From an uncultured Methanomicrobiales archaeon (GTDB lineage: Archaea > Halobacteriota > Methanomicrobia > Methanomicrobiales > Methanospirillaceae): a stretch of DNA of 64,000 nucleotides. The position numbers and the translations under genes are program-made. This document shows, in pieces, positions 10,142 to 20,265 of the stretch. The DNA lies in the NCBI GenBank assembly GCA_963697895.1, contig OY969100.1, positions 1,536,001 to 1,600,000 on the forward strand, written 5' to 3'. Each line of letters starts with the position of its first letter. Position 1 is the stretch's first letter. The notes below the pieces were generated by a model, which saw only the letters and a list, made by a program, of their open reading frames with translations, was not told where the DNA came from and did no database searches.

Positions 10142-10795
10142 TTATTTTGCGAGCCATTCTTCAATATTTAAAGACAGTGCCTTTCGGGCCTCTTCTTCCG
10201 TGAGCCCCGCCCCGCGGCTCACCATCCATTTCGCGCGCTCATCGAGGAGATCGTGAGGGCCATGCGCGTCTGAGTTGATTACCAGGCGGCATCCCGCTTC
10301 GCGTGCTGTCCGGGTGACATGTCCATTGGTCCGGTTATGCCCGCCACGGGAGGTGATCTCCAATGCAATATCGCGTTTTGCCGCATCAGCTGCATCTTCG
10401 TGCGTGATCAGTCCGGGATGGGCAAGGATGTCTACAGCGTCACAGGTGCACGCAGCATGATTGGTTCCCGGTGCAACCGGTTCCACAGGGGATTCTCCAT
10501 GGACGACCACGATATCGGCCCCCGCCGATTTCGCGATCGCTGCCAGTGCCGGTATCTGTTCGGGCGGAACGTGTGTGATCTCCACTCCACAGAGAAGACG
10601 AACCCCGAACAACCCTGCCGATTCTTTTATCCTCTGAATCTGCTCAACCACCATAGGGGTATTCGAATAATCCGCGTGGTCGGTTATCCCGACAGTGGAA
10701 TAACCCAGTATCGCCATTCGACGGATTAGTTCAGTCGGGAGCATTTCGCCATCGGTGAGGGTGGAATGGGTATGCAGGTCATAGCCCCCTCTCAT
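10142..10795 (-). CDS. PHP-domain hydrolase
   Basis: DLHTHS, ITDH, AHP, NSDAH metal-binding motifs. Confidence 0.9.
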   Translation of the reverse strand: MRGGYDLHTHSTLTDGEMLPTELIRRMAILGYSTVGITDHADYSNTPMVVEQIQRIKESAGLFGVRLLCGVEITHVPPEQIPALAAIAKSAGADIVVVHGESPVEPVAPGTNHAACTCDAVDILAHPGLITHEDAADAAKRDIALEITSRGGHNRTNGHVTRTAREAGCRLVINSDAHGPHDLLDERAKWMVSRGAGLTEEEARKALSLNIEEWLAK

Positions 10796-11076
10796 TTCCT
10801 GGCCTCCGTTTTCACTTCCATGCGGGCGGCAACTTTCTTAAGAAGCAGTTCCTTACTCCCATCCCATACAACCACGATTCGTCCTTCACGGCGCCACCAG
10901 TGAGCAGGATGGTGTTTTTCTTCGATCCGATACGACAACCCGGCCTTCTTTGCCGCGTGTTCCAGTTCGGCAAGGCCGGCGTTCCTGATGCCACGTGACC
11001 GGGAGACTCTCCGGCCTTCTTTCCGCTGCAGATTTACGTTAAAATAGCACGGATAGAGGACGCGCTCTCCTTTCAT
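10792..11076 (-). CDS. srp19: Signal recognition particle 19 kDa protein
   Basis: LYPCYFN...RKEGRRV...HP...GRI...K motifs; start set at ATG 11076. Confidence 0.9.
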   Translation of the reverse strand: MKGERVLYPCYFNVNLQRKEGRRVSRSRGIRNAGLAELEHAAKKAGLSYRIEEKHHPAHWWRREGRIVVVWDGSKELLLKKVAARMEVKTEARK

Positions 11077-11131
11077 ACGGTTACTGTTGGATGGTGAATC
11101 TATAAACAGTGTACGGTTCAACCTTAGTATC

Positions 11132-11779
11132 ATGCACCACATAGACGTCAGGATCGAAAAAGATGTATATGACGTCAATAACCGTATAGCCGACGCAAAT
11201 GCGAAAACCCTGAAAGAGCACGGAGTTCGGGCAATTGACCTTCTGGGAGCGATCGGGTCAGGAAAAACAGCTCTAATCGAGGGCCTTGTACCACTTCTCC
11301 GGGCGCGTGGTATCCGGGCGGGCGCTATTGCCGGCGATGTTTACGGGGATGATGATTTCAAGCGGATCATCGAACTCGGCATTCCTGCAGTCAATGCCAA
11401 TACGGGAAAGGAATGCCACCTTGATGCTCATCTGGTGGAACACGCCATCGAACATCTCCCTCTTGACACAATCGACCTTCTCTTTATCGAGAATGTGGGT
11501 AATATGGTCTGCCCAACAGATTTTCGCCTCGGTGCAGAGAAACGGATCGTCATCGTAAGCTCGACGGAGGGAGACGATGTGGTCAATAAGCACCCGATGA
11601 TGTTCCGCGATTGCCAGATCGGGGTGATAAATAAGGTGGATCTCGCACCTCTTGTCGGTGCAGATCTTTCACGCATGGAAAGGGATATGAAACGGTACAA
11701 TCCCGATATAAGGATCTTTCATACCAACCTGAAGACCCGTGTTGGTCTGGATCCGCTCGTGGACATGATCCTCGCATGA
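11132..11779 (+). CDS. hypB: Hydrogenase nickel incorporation GTPase HypB
   Basis: GAIGSGKT, ECHLDA, ENVGNMVCP, NKVD. Confidence 0.95.
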   Translation: MHHIDVRIEKDVYDVNNRIADANAKTLKEHGVRAIDLLGAIGSGKTALIEGLVPLLRARGIRAGAIAGDVYGDDDFKRIIELGIPAVNANTGKECHLDAHLVEHAIEHLPLDTIDLLFIENVGNMVCPTDFRLGAEKRIVIVSSTEGDDVVNKHPMMFRDCQIGVINKVDLAPLVGADLSRMERDMKRYNPDIRIFHTNLKTRVGLDPLVDMILA

Positions 11780-11877
11780 CCAGAGTTGTTATATATCCAG
11801 AATAGAAAATAGTAAAAGCACTCTGACAGGGGACATTTCCCGTCAGCACTTAAAATTATCCGGGAGGAAGGTCGTAT

Positions 11878-12255
11878 ATGCTTTGGCAGGGAAGATCAGT
11901 CAGACAAGTAACCGGCGGACGATATAAGCCGGCACAAGGCAAAAGAAGGAGAGAGATCGGATCAGCAGCAGCTGATACCCATATTGGCGAAGACCGACAT
12001 AAGATCGTCCGCACTTTCGGGGGAACTCACAAGGTTAGGGCAATGCGCACGCTTTATGCGATGGTAGCAGATCGTTCCAGCGGTTTAGTGAAGCGGGCAA
12101 GAATTGAGACGGTTGAAGAGAACTCAGCGAATCCTAACTATGTCCGACGGAACCTCCTCACTAAAGGGGCAATTATCAGGACTGATCTCGGCCGTGCGCG
12201 AATTATGAGCCGTCCGGGGCAGGATGGCGTCATCAATGCGGTTATAATTGAGTAA
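11878..12255 (+). CDS. rps8e: 30S ribosomal protein S8e
   Basis: TGGR, NPNYVRRNLLTKGAII, SRPGQDGVINA. Confidence 0.97.
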   Translation: MLWQGRSVRQVTGGRYKPAQGKRRREIGSAAADTHIGEDRHKIVRTFGGTHKVRAMRTLYAMVADRSSGLVKRARIETVEENSANPNYVRRNLLTKGAIIRTDLGRARIMSRPGQDGVINAVIIE

Positions 12256-12385
12256 AAACTATTTTTCGTTGGTTTGGTGAAGTGAGCATCAACCCGGATT
12301 AGAGGTAAATGAATCAATTTGCGGAATTCGGCTTTCTGATGAGTATTATCAGACTTCGTAAAAAAAGAATTGATACGGAGGAGGT

Positions 12386-12433
12386 CAAAAGTCGTATTCG
12401 GATTGAATGTAGGAGTAGTGGATACGACTTTTG
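12386..12433. repeat. Perfect 12-bp inverted repeat between convergent genes
   Basis: caaaagtcgtat (12386-12397) / atacgacttttg (12422-12433). Confidence 0.75.
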
Positions 12434-12578
12434 TTGAGGATAATATAGGTTATTTAGAGGTTAATATATTGTGATTGCGGCAGATCGATGATGAATTTCA
12501 TCCAGGCTTCACACACGTATTATCATCAGAATTAATCTCCGAAGATCGGGGCAATCTGTTTTGGTATAGCTGATTTTT

Positions 12579-12995
12579 TTAGCGCTGTTCCTCGTATGCC
12601 TTTCTGGCTTTTTCGAGTGCCTCTTTAATGTCTTTCATCGCTGCATCCAGCCCTTTTTTTACTTCTTCCAGAGCCGCTCCGCTTGCTTTTTTAACTTTGT
12701 CCGCTTCTTTCATCAACTCTTTGTGCCTGGCCTCGAAATCTTTCATCTGTTTATCATACTCTTCTTTCGCCTTCGACACCGCTTTATCGCCTTTTTCCTG
12801 CAATTCTTTGATCTTCGCTTGTAAATCTTTTATCTGCTTTTCATATTCGGTTTTTATTGTTTCGTTCGCTTTATCGGCTCTTTTCTGCAGGTTCTCGATC
12901 TGATCTGCCCAGTCATCTATCTGGGACTTTGCTTTTTCTGCATATTCACGAGCCGCTTTCTTTTGTTTTTGTGCCTCTTCCTCTGTACTGGTCAT
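12579..12995 (-). CDS. Charged coiled-coil protein (LEA/stress-protein-like)
   Basis: K/E/A-rich all-helical sequence with an internal ~29-aa duplication. Confidence 0.75.
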   Translation of the reverse strand: MTSTEEEAQKQKKAAREYAEKAKSQIDDWADQIENLQKRADKANETIKTEYEKQIKDLQAKIKELQEKGDKAVSKAKEEYDKQMKDFEARHKELMKEADKVKKASGAALEEVKKGLDAAMKDIKEALEKARKAYEEQR

Positions 12996-13137
12996 GATTC
13001 ACAGATTGCCCTTATCGCATATATATTATGAGGGTTCACCTGAGTATGTCGCGTATAAACGGACTTCGTGCCCGGCCTATTCCCCGTCATATGCTTTACG
13101 AATCCTTTCAACAGGTACTCTTATTCGAAACGATTGA

Positions 13138-13692
13138 TTGATTGCCATGCGAATACAGTATATGACTGTCCATGCAATCACCATTTATCATCTGGGGGTT
13201 CGAAGTGATAGATCGCCCGGGGGTGAGAATGTAACTATTCTGGCAACGATCGCCGCTCCATTCAGACATACCCGGAAAGATCGCCTGAAAAAAAATGAGA
13301 TCGTGTATTATCTCGCATTTGATCGAAAATGGATGAGTATCGAGCAGGCGAATCTACTTCTGGATCGGGCAATGGAAGAGGGGTTAATCGCGTACGAGGG
13401 CGATATGATCCGGCCGCTCTTTGATATAAATGGGGTTGAGATTCCCCTCGGATTCAAACCCTCATCAGGGATATTTAAAAGGGTTGATCCTGTGCAGTCA
13501 ATCATTGATCGTATTGCAGATTTGACCGGAAGATCTGCACCTTCCATAGTGGCAGAGCTAAACCAGTTAATCGAACAACAGTTTGATGGAAAAATCAGGC
13601 CCGAGGCTGCAATTATTCTCATAGCGAAAAAAAACCGGGTTCCATTTGAGGATACTCTTTCAGCTCTTGAAGAGCAGGTGTTAAAAAAATAA
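13138..13692 (+). CDS. DUF2240 family protein (true start probably near 13231)
   Basis: IAAPF...YYLAFDRKWM...IPLGFKP pattern. Confidence 0.8.
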   Translation: MIAMRIQYMTVHAITIYHLGVRSDRSPGGENVTILATIAAPFRHTRKDRLKKNEIVYYLAFDRKWMSIEQANLLLDRAMEEGLIAYEGDMIRPLFDINGVEIPLGFKPSSGIFKRVDPVQSIIDRIADLTGRSAPSIVAELNQLIEQQFDGKIRPEAAIILIAKKNRVPFEDTLSALEEQVLKK

Positions 13693-13693
13693 T

Positions 13694-14098
13694 TCAGGCG
13701 GCCTTTTCAGCCGGGGCTGGTTTTACAAAGTATTCTTCGAGCGGTTTTTCCCCATAAACACTTACGCGTGCGTTGATCTGGACGAAGTCCGGCGTGATCT
13801 CATTTCCTCTGATCGCTTTCCGACGGCGCTCTCCGTCCATAACCGGTCTGAAACCTACCCCACCCGATAAGAGAAGTTTCCTTCGTCCTGATGAGGGAAG
13901 ATTCTTCTTTGCCGGCGTTCCGTTCTTATCCGAACCTCCCGTTAACTCCATTTTATAGCCGGGCAACCCAATTCCTGAAGCATCGACTTCTTCTCCGATA
14001 CGGCGGCCTATAAGGGCGTTTGCTGAACCCCCGCTCACATCGACATTGTACGCACGGCCTGTCCGTGAATCAGAGAGTACAACTTTGAATTCCACCAT
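13694..14098 (-). CDS. rps6e: 30S ribosomal protein S6e
   Basis: FKVVLSD, TGGSDKNGTP, GERRRKAIRGN. Confidence 0.96.
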   Translation of the reverse strand: MVEFKVVLSDSRTGRAYNVDVSGGSANALIGRRIGEEVDASGIGLPGYKMELTGGSDKNGTPAKKNLPSSGRRKLLLSGGVGFRPVMDGERRRKAIRGNEITPDFVQINARVSVYGEKPLEEYFVKPAPAEKAA

Positions 14099-14243
14099 TT
14101 TATATCACTCCATATCATTCATCTACCCGGTTTCACCGGCTTTTGAACCATTCTCTCAAGTTCTCTCCTGATGCCGGCAAATTAAACCGGCGGTCAGACA
14201 ACTGAGAAGTACCCATAAGATTGGGCGAGCTGCATATAAAAGA

Positions 14244-16022
14244 TTACTTACCCCAAAAGGGATCGGCACGCCGTTTCATCCGGGTGAACTCATGGAGAAC
14301 CTCCTGCGTGATGATCGGCAAATGGGAGATCATCTCCTTTTCAAGCACTTTGACATGCCGTTCGGGTATATCCACATACAGCTCATCATCGACGGAGAAT
14401 TGGCGGCCGAATGTGGCCCCTTCGATAGAGATTGCCACTTCTTTTCCCGCTTCCGCCTCACGGATGGATTCCTGGTTGTACTGGATGGATTTGAGGTGCC
14501 CCACTTTCTTTCCGTCGAGCTGGATCAGGTTTACATCAGTCCGGAGGGTCCCCCCGATTACCCTCACTCCCACCACGGCAGGGTTGCTCTGTCGGAAAAT
14601 GCAATGGGGAAGGATCCGAATCCTGGCTGGCATAACGATCTGCTCATATTTTTGTTGTTCTATCAACCTCTTCAGGTCATCTCGCCACTGAATGTAGGCA
14701 TCAACCAGCTGGTAGATCACTTTTGCCTCTATGACCTTCACATGCGAATAACCCGGATCCCGGATCATATCCGATGCGTCGGGAAGAAGCGGGGTGTTAA
14801 AGGCGAGAAGAACCCGATAATATGGATTTTTTATGGTTTCGGTATCGATCAGATCGTGGCGGCTGACCGGTCCAACATCCGCACGCATCACAGTGATCTC
14901 TTTTGCCTCCAGTTCTTTTGAGAGTGCCTCCAGTCCACCAATTGAGTCGGCCTTGATGATTAGCCCTTCCGCGGAGAGGTTAACATTTATAGATTCCATC
15001 TCGTGACGGAGAGACTCGATCACTTCTTCAGGGTTGCCCCGTACCACACGTATGGGGGAGCCGGCAATTACTCTTTCAAGCCCGGGGGCCGTAACCTTGA
15101 TCCCGGCCGCAGCGGTGACAGACTTCGCTCTGTCGAATCGATCTTCCACGAGAATCTCCTTTAATGGGCGGGGTTTTAAGAGGGATCTTACCTTTGTGAT
15201 CCGGACCCCCTCTGCTGTAACAATGCCGATCTCATCACCGACTGACAGGGTTCCGTCGTACAGAATTACATCAAGGGTTGTTCCCAGGCCGCGCTCCTCT
15301 TTCACTTCCAGGACCGTACCGGTTCCCGGGCCATCGACGGTAAGCACCAGCGTGTCTTCCATGTAACGCTGCGCGAGCCCGATCATGACCATGAGGATCT
15401 CAGCAATTCCTTCCCCGGTGTGAGCGCTGACAGGAACGATCGCAAGATTTCTTCGAAAATCGCTTACCCGATCGAAACGCTCAGCGGAAAATCCAAGATC
15501 TGACAACGCACCGACCAGTTCATATAGTTTTGTCTCGAGTAACTCCTTTACCCGGTCATTTTGTCGATCGAATGACTTTAAAAACGTCTCATTCTCATGA
15601 ACTCGCCAGCCATGGATGCGGTCTATCTTCGTGGCTGCGATGACAAAAGGTGTCCGGTAATTCCTGAGTATCTGTAACGCCTCTATGGTCTGGGGCTGGA
15701 ATCCCTGGTTGATATCCACCACAAGGATCGCCATGTCCGCAAGCGCCCCACCCCGGGCTCTAAGAGTGGTGAATGCATGGTGACCCGGGGTGTCGATAAA
15801 GAGGAGACCGGGAATATTGAATGTCATATTCTCCATAGTCCCACTCATTTTCTGGATTGCATCGATCGGCACAAGAGTCGCCCCGATATGTTGGGTGATC
15901 GCTCCCTCTTCGGTGCTGACCACCGATGATCCACGAATCCTGTCGAGGAGGGAGGTCTTTCCATGATCAACGTGGCCAAGCACGCAAACAATAGGTGTCC
16001 TTACCCTGTTCATCCTCGCCAT
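14244..16022 (-). CDS. infB: Translation initiation factor aIF5B (IF-2)
   Basis: GHVDHGKT, GAITQHIGA, DTPGH, TKID; GGTGA SD before ATG 16022. Confidence 0.97.
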   Translation of the reverse strand: MARMNRVRTPIVCVLGHVDHGKTSLLDRIRGSSVVSTEEGAITQHIGATLVPIDAIQKMSGTMENMTFNIPGLLFIDTPGHHAFTTLRARGGALADMAILVVDINQGFQPQTIEALQILRNYRTPFVIAATKIDRIHGWRVHENETFLKSFDRQNDRVKELLETKLYELVGALSDLGFSAERFDRVSDFRRNLAIVPVSAHTGEGIAEILMVMIGLAQRYMEDTLVLTVDGPGTGTVLEVKEERGLGTTLDVILYDGTLSVGDEIGIVTAEGVRITKVRSLLKPRPLKEILVEDRFDRAKSVTAAAGIKVTAPGLERVIAGSPIRVVRGNPEEVIESLRHEMESINVNLSAEGLIIKADSIGGLEALSKELEAKEITVMRADVGPVSRHDLIDTETIKNPYYRVLLAFNTPLLPDASDMIRDPGYSHVKVIEAKVIYQLVDAYIQWRDDLKRLIEQQKYEQIVMPARIRILPHCIFRQSNPAVVGVRVIGGTLRTDVNLIQLDGKKVGHLKSIQYNQESIREAEAGKEVAISIEGATFGRQFSVDDELYVDIPERHVKVLEKEMISHLPIITQEVLHEFTRMKRRADPFWGK

Positions 16023-16179
16023 TCGTATCACCACAACGCATTTACTGACCTGAACCGGTGATCCCTGAAAAACATCGCGATGAATATGAAACTCGGTTGT
16101 GAAATGAAGACCGAATCTTCACGTTCTCCTCACGAATCACGCGTATGCGGATTTCACCGCTCCTGCACAGTAATGACAC

Positions 16180-16203
16180 CGGGAGGTTATATATAACCAC
16201 CCG
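16180..16203. promoter_or_regulatory. Palindromic TATA-containing element between infB and tRNA-His
   Basis: cggg-a-GGTTATATATAACC-a-cccg: perfect 14-bp core, 24-bp imperfect palindrome. Confidence 0.5.
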
Positions 16204-16331
16204 ATACAGGTAGCGCCGGGGAAGCCTATCGGATAGAATCAGCCTACCAGTATGCATTTTCCGATTCGAAAAAACAGATTCCGGCGGCTTTAAACCTTTG
16301 CTGAAATTGTATTAAGGCTGTTCTGGCGAGC

Positions 16332-16340
16332 TATTAAATA
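16332..16340 (+). promoter_or_regulatory. TATA box of tRNA-His
   Basis: TATTAAATA about 40 bp upstream of the mature tRNA start. Confidence 0.55.
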
Positions 16341-16371
16341 GCGTCACAGACAAAAATAGTGATACAATTCT

Positions 16372-16444
16372 GCCAGGGTAGGGTAGTTGGTCATCCTAGG
16401 GGACTGTGGATCCCCCGACCCGGGTTCGAGTCTCGGCCCTGGCC
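16372..16444 (+). tRNA. tRNA-His(GUG)
   Basis: GCCAGGG...GGGGA-CT-GTG-GA-TCCCC...GGTTCGAGTC...CCCTGGCC. Confidence 0.96.
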
Positions 16445-16564
16445 TAATTACCTATGGTTAAGGTCTGGTTACTATAGTTGTCACGATTTGTCCGTCTTGA
16501 GCGTGACGGCATCGCTTTGTGGTACTCGCGCGAGAGAGGTGTCAGATTGGTGAGAATTTGGACA

Positions 16565-17363
16565 TCAACTTACAGCCGCCAAATCACTTCGTATCCGACG
16601 TCGCATATACCATTCTACCAACAAGCCAATGACATGATATAACGGATTTACCGGTACGTCCACATAATACCGTTTTCCCTTCTCGAGCCATCCCTGATCG
16701 GTCCAGTAGGTATGATCTGCCGGCGCCAGATCACCCAGCTCATCGCTGGGCGCTCGCCCGATGTGGAACCCAATCACGTCGAAGAGCTTGGGCCTGGAGC
16801 GTGTCCTTCTCTGGAGTACGACAAGACAGGCCTCCGCAGCCTTCTGTAACCTTTTTTCATTCTCCTCCACCACATTAGGGCGGGAGAGGGCCAAAGGTCG
16901 CGTGGGATCGTACCCCAACTTGGGCAACGACGTTAAAACCCCAGATACGGGCCACTAGATCCAGATACTTCAGGACATCGTTCATACCTGCCATTCCTGC
17001 CGTGGTAAGAAGCAAGGCCTTTTGCCGGAAGAAGCGGGGACGGTGAAAGATGTAGACGTGGCGATCAATGAATAGCTTCATCAAGTAGGAGACTTGGAAT
17101 CCATACACTGGCGTGGCAAAAATTACACCATCCGCTTCCTTCATTTTTTGCTCTAGAGGAGATGCCTCGTCCTTAAGGGAACAAAACTCCTCTCCCTTCT
17201 CAAAGCATATGTAGCACCCACGACAGTCTTCCAGGTGAAGGTCCTTGAGCAGGACATATTCCCATTCGACCGGCACCTTCTGCTAAATGATCTCCCGAAT
17301 CCGCTCCGCTGCACGGTAGGTATTTCCCTTGCGCGGACTACCCATGATGATCAGAACCTTCAT
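16565..17363 (-). pseudogene. Flavodoxin-like / NADPH-dependent FMN reductase (iron-sulfur flavoprotein family), disrupted
   Basis: MKVLIIMGSPRKGNT from ATG 17363; in-frame TAG at 17283-17285; CRGCYIC...C and FATPVY; frameshift near 16877 continues into ORF 16565..16927. Confidence 0.8.
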
Positions 17364-17520
17364 AGAGAACACTTGTTGCTATCTCCGTTAATACCGTCTC
17401 ATTTAACAAATTGTTAACAACACCCCTCCAAGAATACGAAGGCAATTAGGCAGATATGATCCCGACCAACCCGATACTCTAATCCTTCTTTTTATTGGTT
17501 TACGTCTGCGTTTGAATTAA

Positions 17521-18507
17521 TTAGATCTTCTTAGTAATCGCAAGATACAGGATATACACGGAGATAATGACCAGAATAATTCCAACCACCAGCCCGTACC
17601 AGGGTATTACCGCAGGTCCCGTTGTTGTAGTTGGAATTACCGGTGTTGCAGCTGATATGGTCTCTATTTCAGATATTACCGTAGAGACTGTCGGCTCCCC
17701 GGTTAAAGATGTTTCAGGGTTGACTACAATTGTTGTAACCTCAGTCACTACGAGTGCTGGAGTTGCGTTCCCGGGTAGACTCCCATTTCCCGTATCGATA
17801 CCGGATCCTGTATTTTCACTACCCGATGTATTATTCATCCCATCAGATAGAGCGTTCGGTGTGGTTGTCACCAATGTGCCCGGCATTGAAGGCGCAGTGG
17901 TCTCCGGGGTCCACGTGATCGGAATACCCCCGTAACCAGTGGAGATCGTCCCATCCCGTATCGATGGGTTGATCAATTCGCCCCCCTCCTCCACTAGATG
18001 GATATTTTTGATACTTATCGCAGAAGTGCCGGATATACCGCCCTCGATAGATATGGTCCCAAACACGATGCCGATGTCCCCGGGTTCGATCTGGTGATTG
18101 AGATCGACACCGCTCATCCTGACACTCGCCGATGGAAGTGTCGATGCTTTGCCGATAGACACCCATGAGGGAAAAGTTACTCCGGTAATATGTGCAACGG
18201 GCGGATTCGAGAGCAGTACGTCGAACTGAAATTCCGCAAGACCAGACGGGGCTTCGTCGAGGAGGATAGTGATGTTCGCAGTTCCGCCTTGTTCGACCGC
18301 TACCGACGATGGATCGAACAGGATCGTGTCTGTTGCAGATGCAGGGATAATAAGAATCGTCATAGCAAAAAGGATAACAAGGAAGATCAGTACCATGCCC
18401 GTTTCATCCCTTGATTGTGCAGATCTGCTGGGGATTGCATATGGTGCCGAATAGGTGGATATACACTCTAAAACAGTGAATTCTCTGGTCGCCATGCTAG
18501 TTGGCAC
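17521..18507 (-). CDS. Cohesin-like domain surface protein with C-terminal membrane anchor
   Basis: Signal-like hydrophobic stretch (possible start 18396); beta-rich APSGLAEF...FPSW domain; Thr/Ser-rich linker; C-terminal TM + KK. Confidence 0.75.
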   Translation of the reverse strand: MPTSMATREFTVLECISTYSAPYAIPSRSAQSRDETGMVLIFLVILFAMTILIIPASATDTILFDPSSVAVEQGGTANITILLDEAPSGLAEFQFDVLLSNPPVAHITGVTFPSWVSIGKASTLPSASVRMSGVDLNHQIEPGDIGIVFGTISIEGGISGTSAISIKNIHLVEEGGELINPSIRDGTISTGYGGIPITWTPETTAPSMPGTLVTTTPNALSDGMNNTSGSENTGSGIDTGNGSLPGNATPALVVTEVTTIVVNPETSLTGEPTVSTVISEIETISAATPVIPTTTTGPAVIPWYGLVVGIILVIISVYILYLAITKKI

Positions 18508-19093
18508 ATCCGCAGTCCGAAGCGGATCGGGTGGGGAACGGAGTTATGCTGGAGCCTGCCCCTTCATAATACTCGCCCGGTAAATTTGTATTGCTCCCGG
18601 AGATCTCAGCCGGTCGATTGGTGTCGGGAGTTTCGATCAGTGACCCCGAACCGGATGTCGTATGCATATTGTCGGGTATCCCTCCATTCGCGCTGATGGG
18701 CGCACCCGTTGATTCTCCCAGTACGACTGATGACTCCGTGATTATATCCCCCGATTCCTGGTAGGGCTGAGGGATAAGCGACACAGAGGTTGAACTCATA
18801 TTATAAGCTTGGGGTTGCCCTCCATATCCGGGGTTCATCGTTGGTTCTAAGTACCCGTTATATAATTCACGACTATTGTTTTTGACCAACAATTCCTCTT
18901 GTTTGGTTGCGTCCGGCATCTGGGAACTTTTTCCATCCGTTTTCTGAATGGCCGGTATAAGGGAATTATTCGTGTGGGACAGCGGATCAGTTTGATTCCG
19001 AATCGGCGGCGAATCTTGAACACATCCTGAAAGAATAATGAAACAGATCACCAGAATGAACGGGATGATCACGCGTCTATTCATGTTTCTCAA
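18497..19093 (-). CDS. Putative lipoprotein, low complexity, ending CGCAN
   Basis: Lipobox ILSG-C after a hydrophobic signal. Confidence 0.65.
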   Translation of the reverse strand: MRNMNRRVIIPFILVICFIILSGCVQDSPPIRNQTDPLSHTNNSLIPAIQKTDGKSSQMPDATKQEELLVKNNSRELYNGYLEPTMNPGYGGQPQAYNMSSTSVSLIPQPYQESGDIITESSVVLGESTGAPISANGGIPDNMHTTSGSGSLIETPDTNRPAEISGSNTNLPGEYYEGAGSSITPFPTRSASDCGCAN

Positions 19094-19483
19094 TATGTTC
19101 TTGCGATCCGTTAAATTTTCTTCTTATCCGTTCCGTTTTGTATATGTCCTCCGGTTGAATTTTGTGAGAAGGCCTTTTTGCGAGTTTTCCAAAAAGCCGT
19201 TCCGATTGAGAGGACCCGTAGCTCAATTGCAAACAGGAATTTCGTGCTAAAGGAGATTTTGGCTGATATTTGTATTTCACACTAGAAAATATTTTTTCTG
19301 CTTGATACCAAGAAATTTTCCTCAGATATTTTCACGATACTAACGGTTTCACCTGGAGGAAGGAAATGGGAATTGGAAGGGAGATCTGGATTGGGAAATA
19401 GAATTTGTGTATTACTCCCTACAGAGAGTAACTCTACAATTGCTGAATAGTTTTGAACCGCCAGTCCGTCAGTTATACCGGCA

Positions 19484-20055
19484 TTATTGTTCGGCAACTC
19501 GATCCTTCTTCCTCTGCTCGAACCCGCCGATTAAGATGAGAGTTGCAGGCATGACAACGATCGCTCCCACCAGTGAAAATCCTACGATAATAACCGTAAC
19601 CACTCCGAAATTACTGATCATGTTGAAAGAAGAAAAGATCAGAACCGCAAAACCGCAGACCGTTGCGACACCGGAGACCGTGATTGCTGTACCGATCTGC
19701 TTAGTGCTCTGACAGATAGTTCCGAGGAGGGAAGACCTTTATCCAGCTCCTCATTCGCCCGTTCGTTCATTACTATGGTATATTCTGCAGCGACCCCGAT
19801 CGCGAGTGACCCCAGAGTTGTTGTCATGGGGGTATAATCGATCCCGAGTGGGTACAGGATAAGCCCGTTCCATCCGACGAGCATCACAATGGGAACAAGG
19901 GGAATAATGGCACGGGTAATTTTCCGGTAAACCAGAAATAACAGCCCGAGGATCAGGATGAAGGCAAGGATCGTCATCTGAAGTTTTCCATCTGAAATGT
20001 CTTGGATAAGGCTGGAGAACATTTCACTCGAGCCGGTCACGCTTGCGTGACACAC
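19484..20055 (-). pseudogene. C-terminal remnant of an RND/MMPL (HAE3-type) transporter
   Basis: ASVTG...LGSLAIGVAAEYTIVMNER; after a frameshift near 19720 continues IGTAITVSGVATVCGFAVL...NFG...MPA to TAA at 19484; N-terminal part absent. Confidence 0.8.
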
Positions 20056-20076
20056 TTCATTCAGACGTTTGTTCTA

Positions 20077-20265
20077 TCATTTCCCGATGAGTGCCAGATC
20101 ACACCTGGGGCATCTTATCAGGTAACAGGGTATTTCGGGCATTGCAGGAATTTTATACCCGCACTGCGGGCAGACACAGAAAGATGGGAGTTTTCCCCGA
20201 CTCCCGCTGGCGACATGATTGTGGTGTCCGGAACCCAAGAGCATCTTACACCTTTCAAAACTCAT
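20077..20265 (-). CDS. Small Cys-rich zinc-ribbon-like protein
   Basis: CVCPQCG...PC...CPRC. Confidence 0.6.
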   Translation of the reverse strand: MSFERCKMLLGSGHHNHVASGSRGKLPSFCVCPQCGYKIPAMPEIPCYLIRCPRCDLALIGK

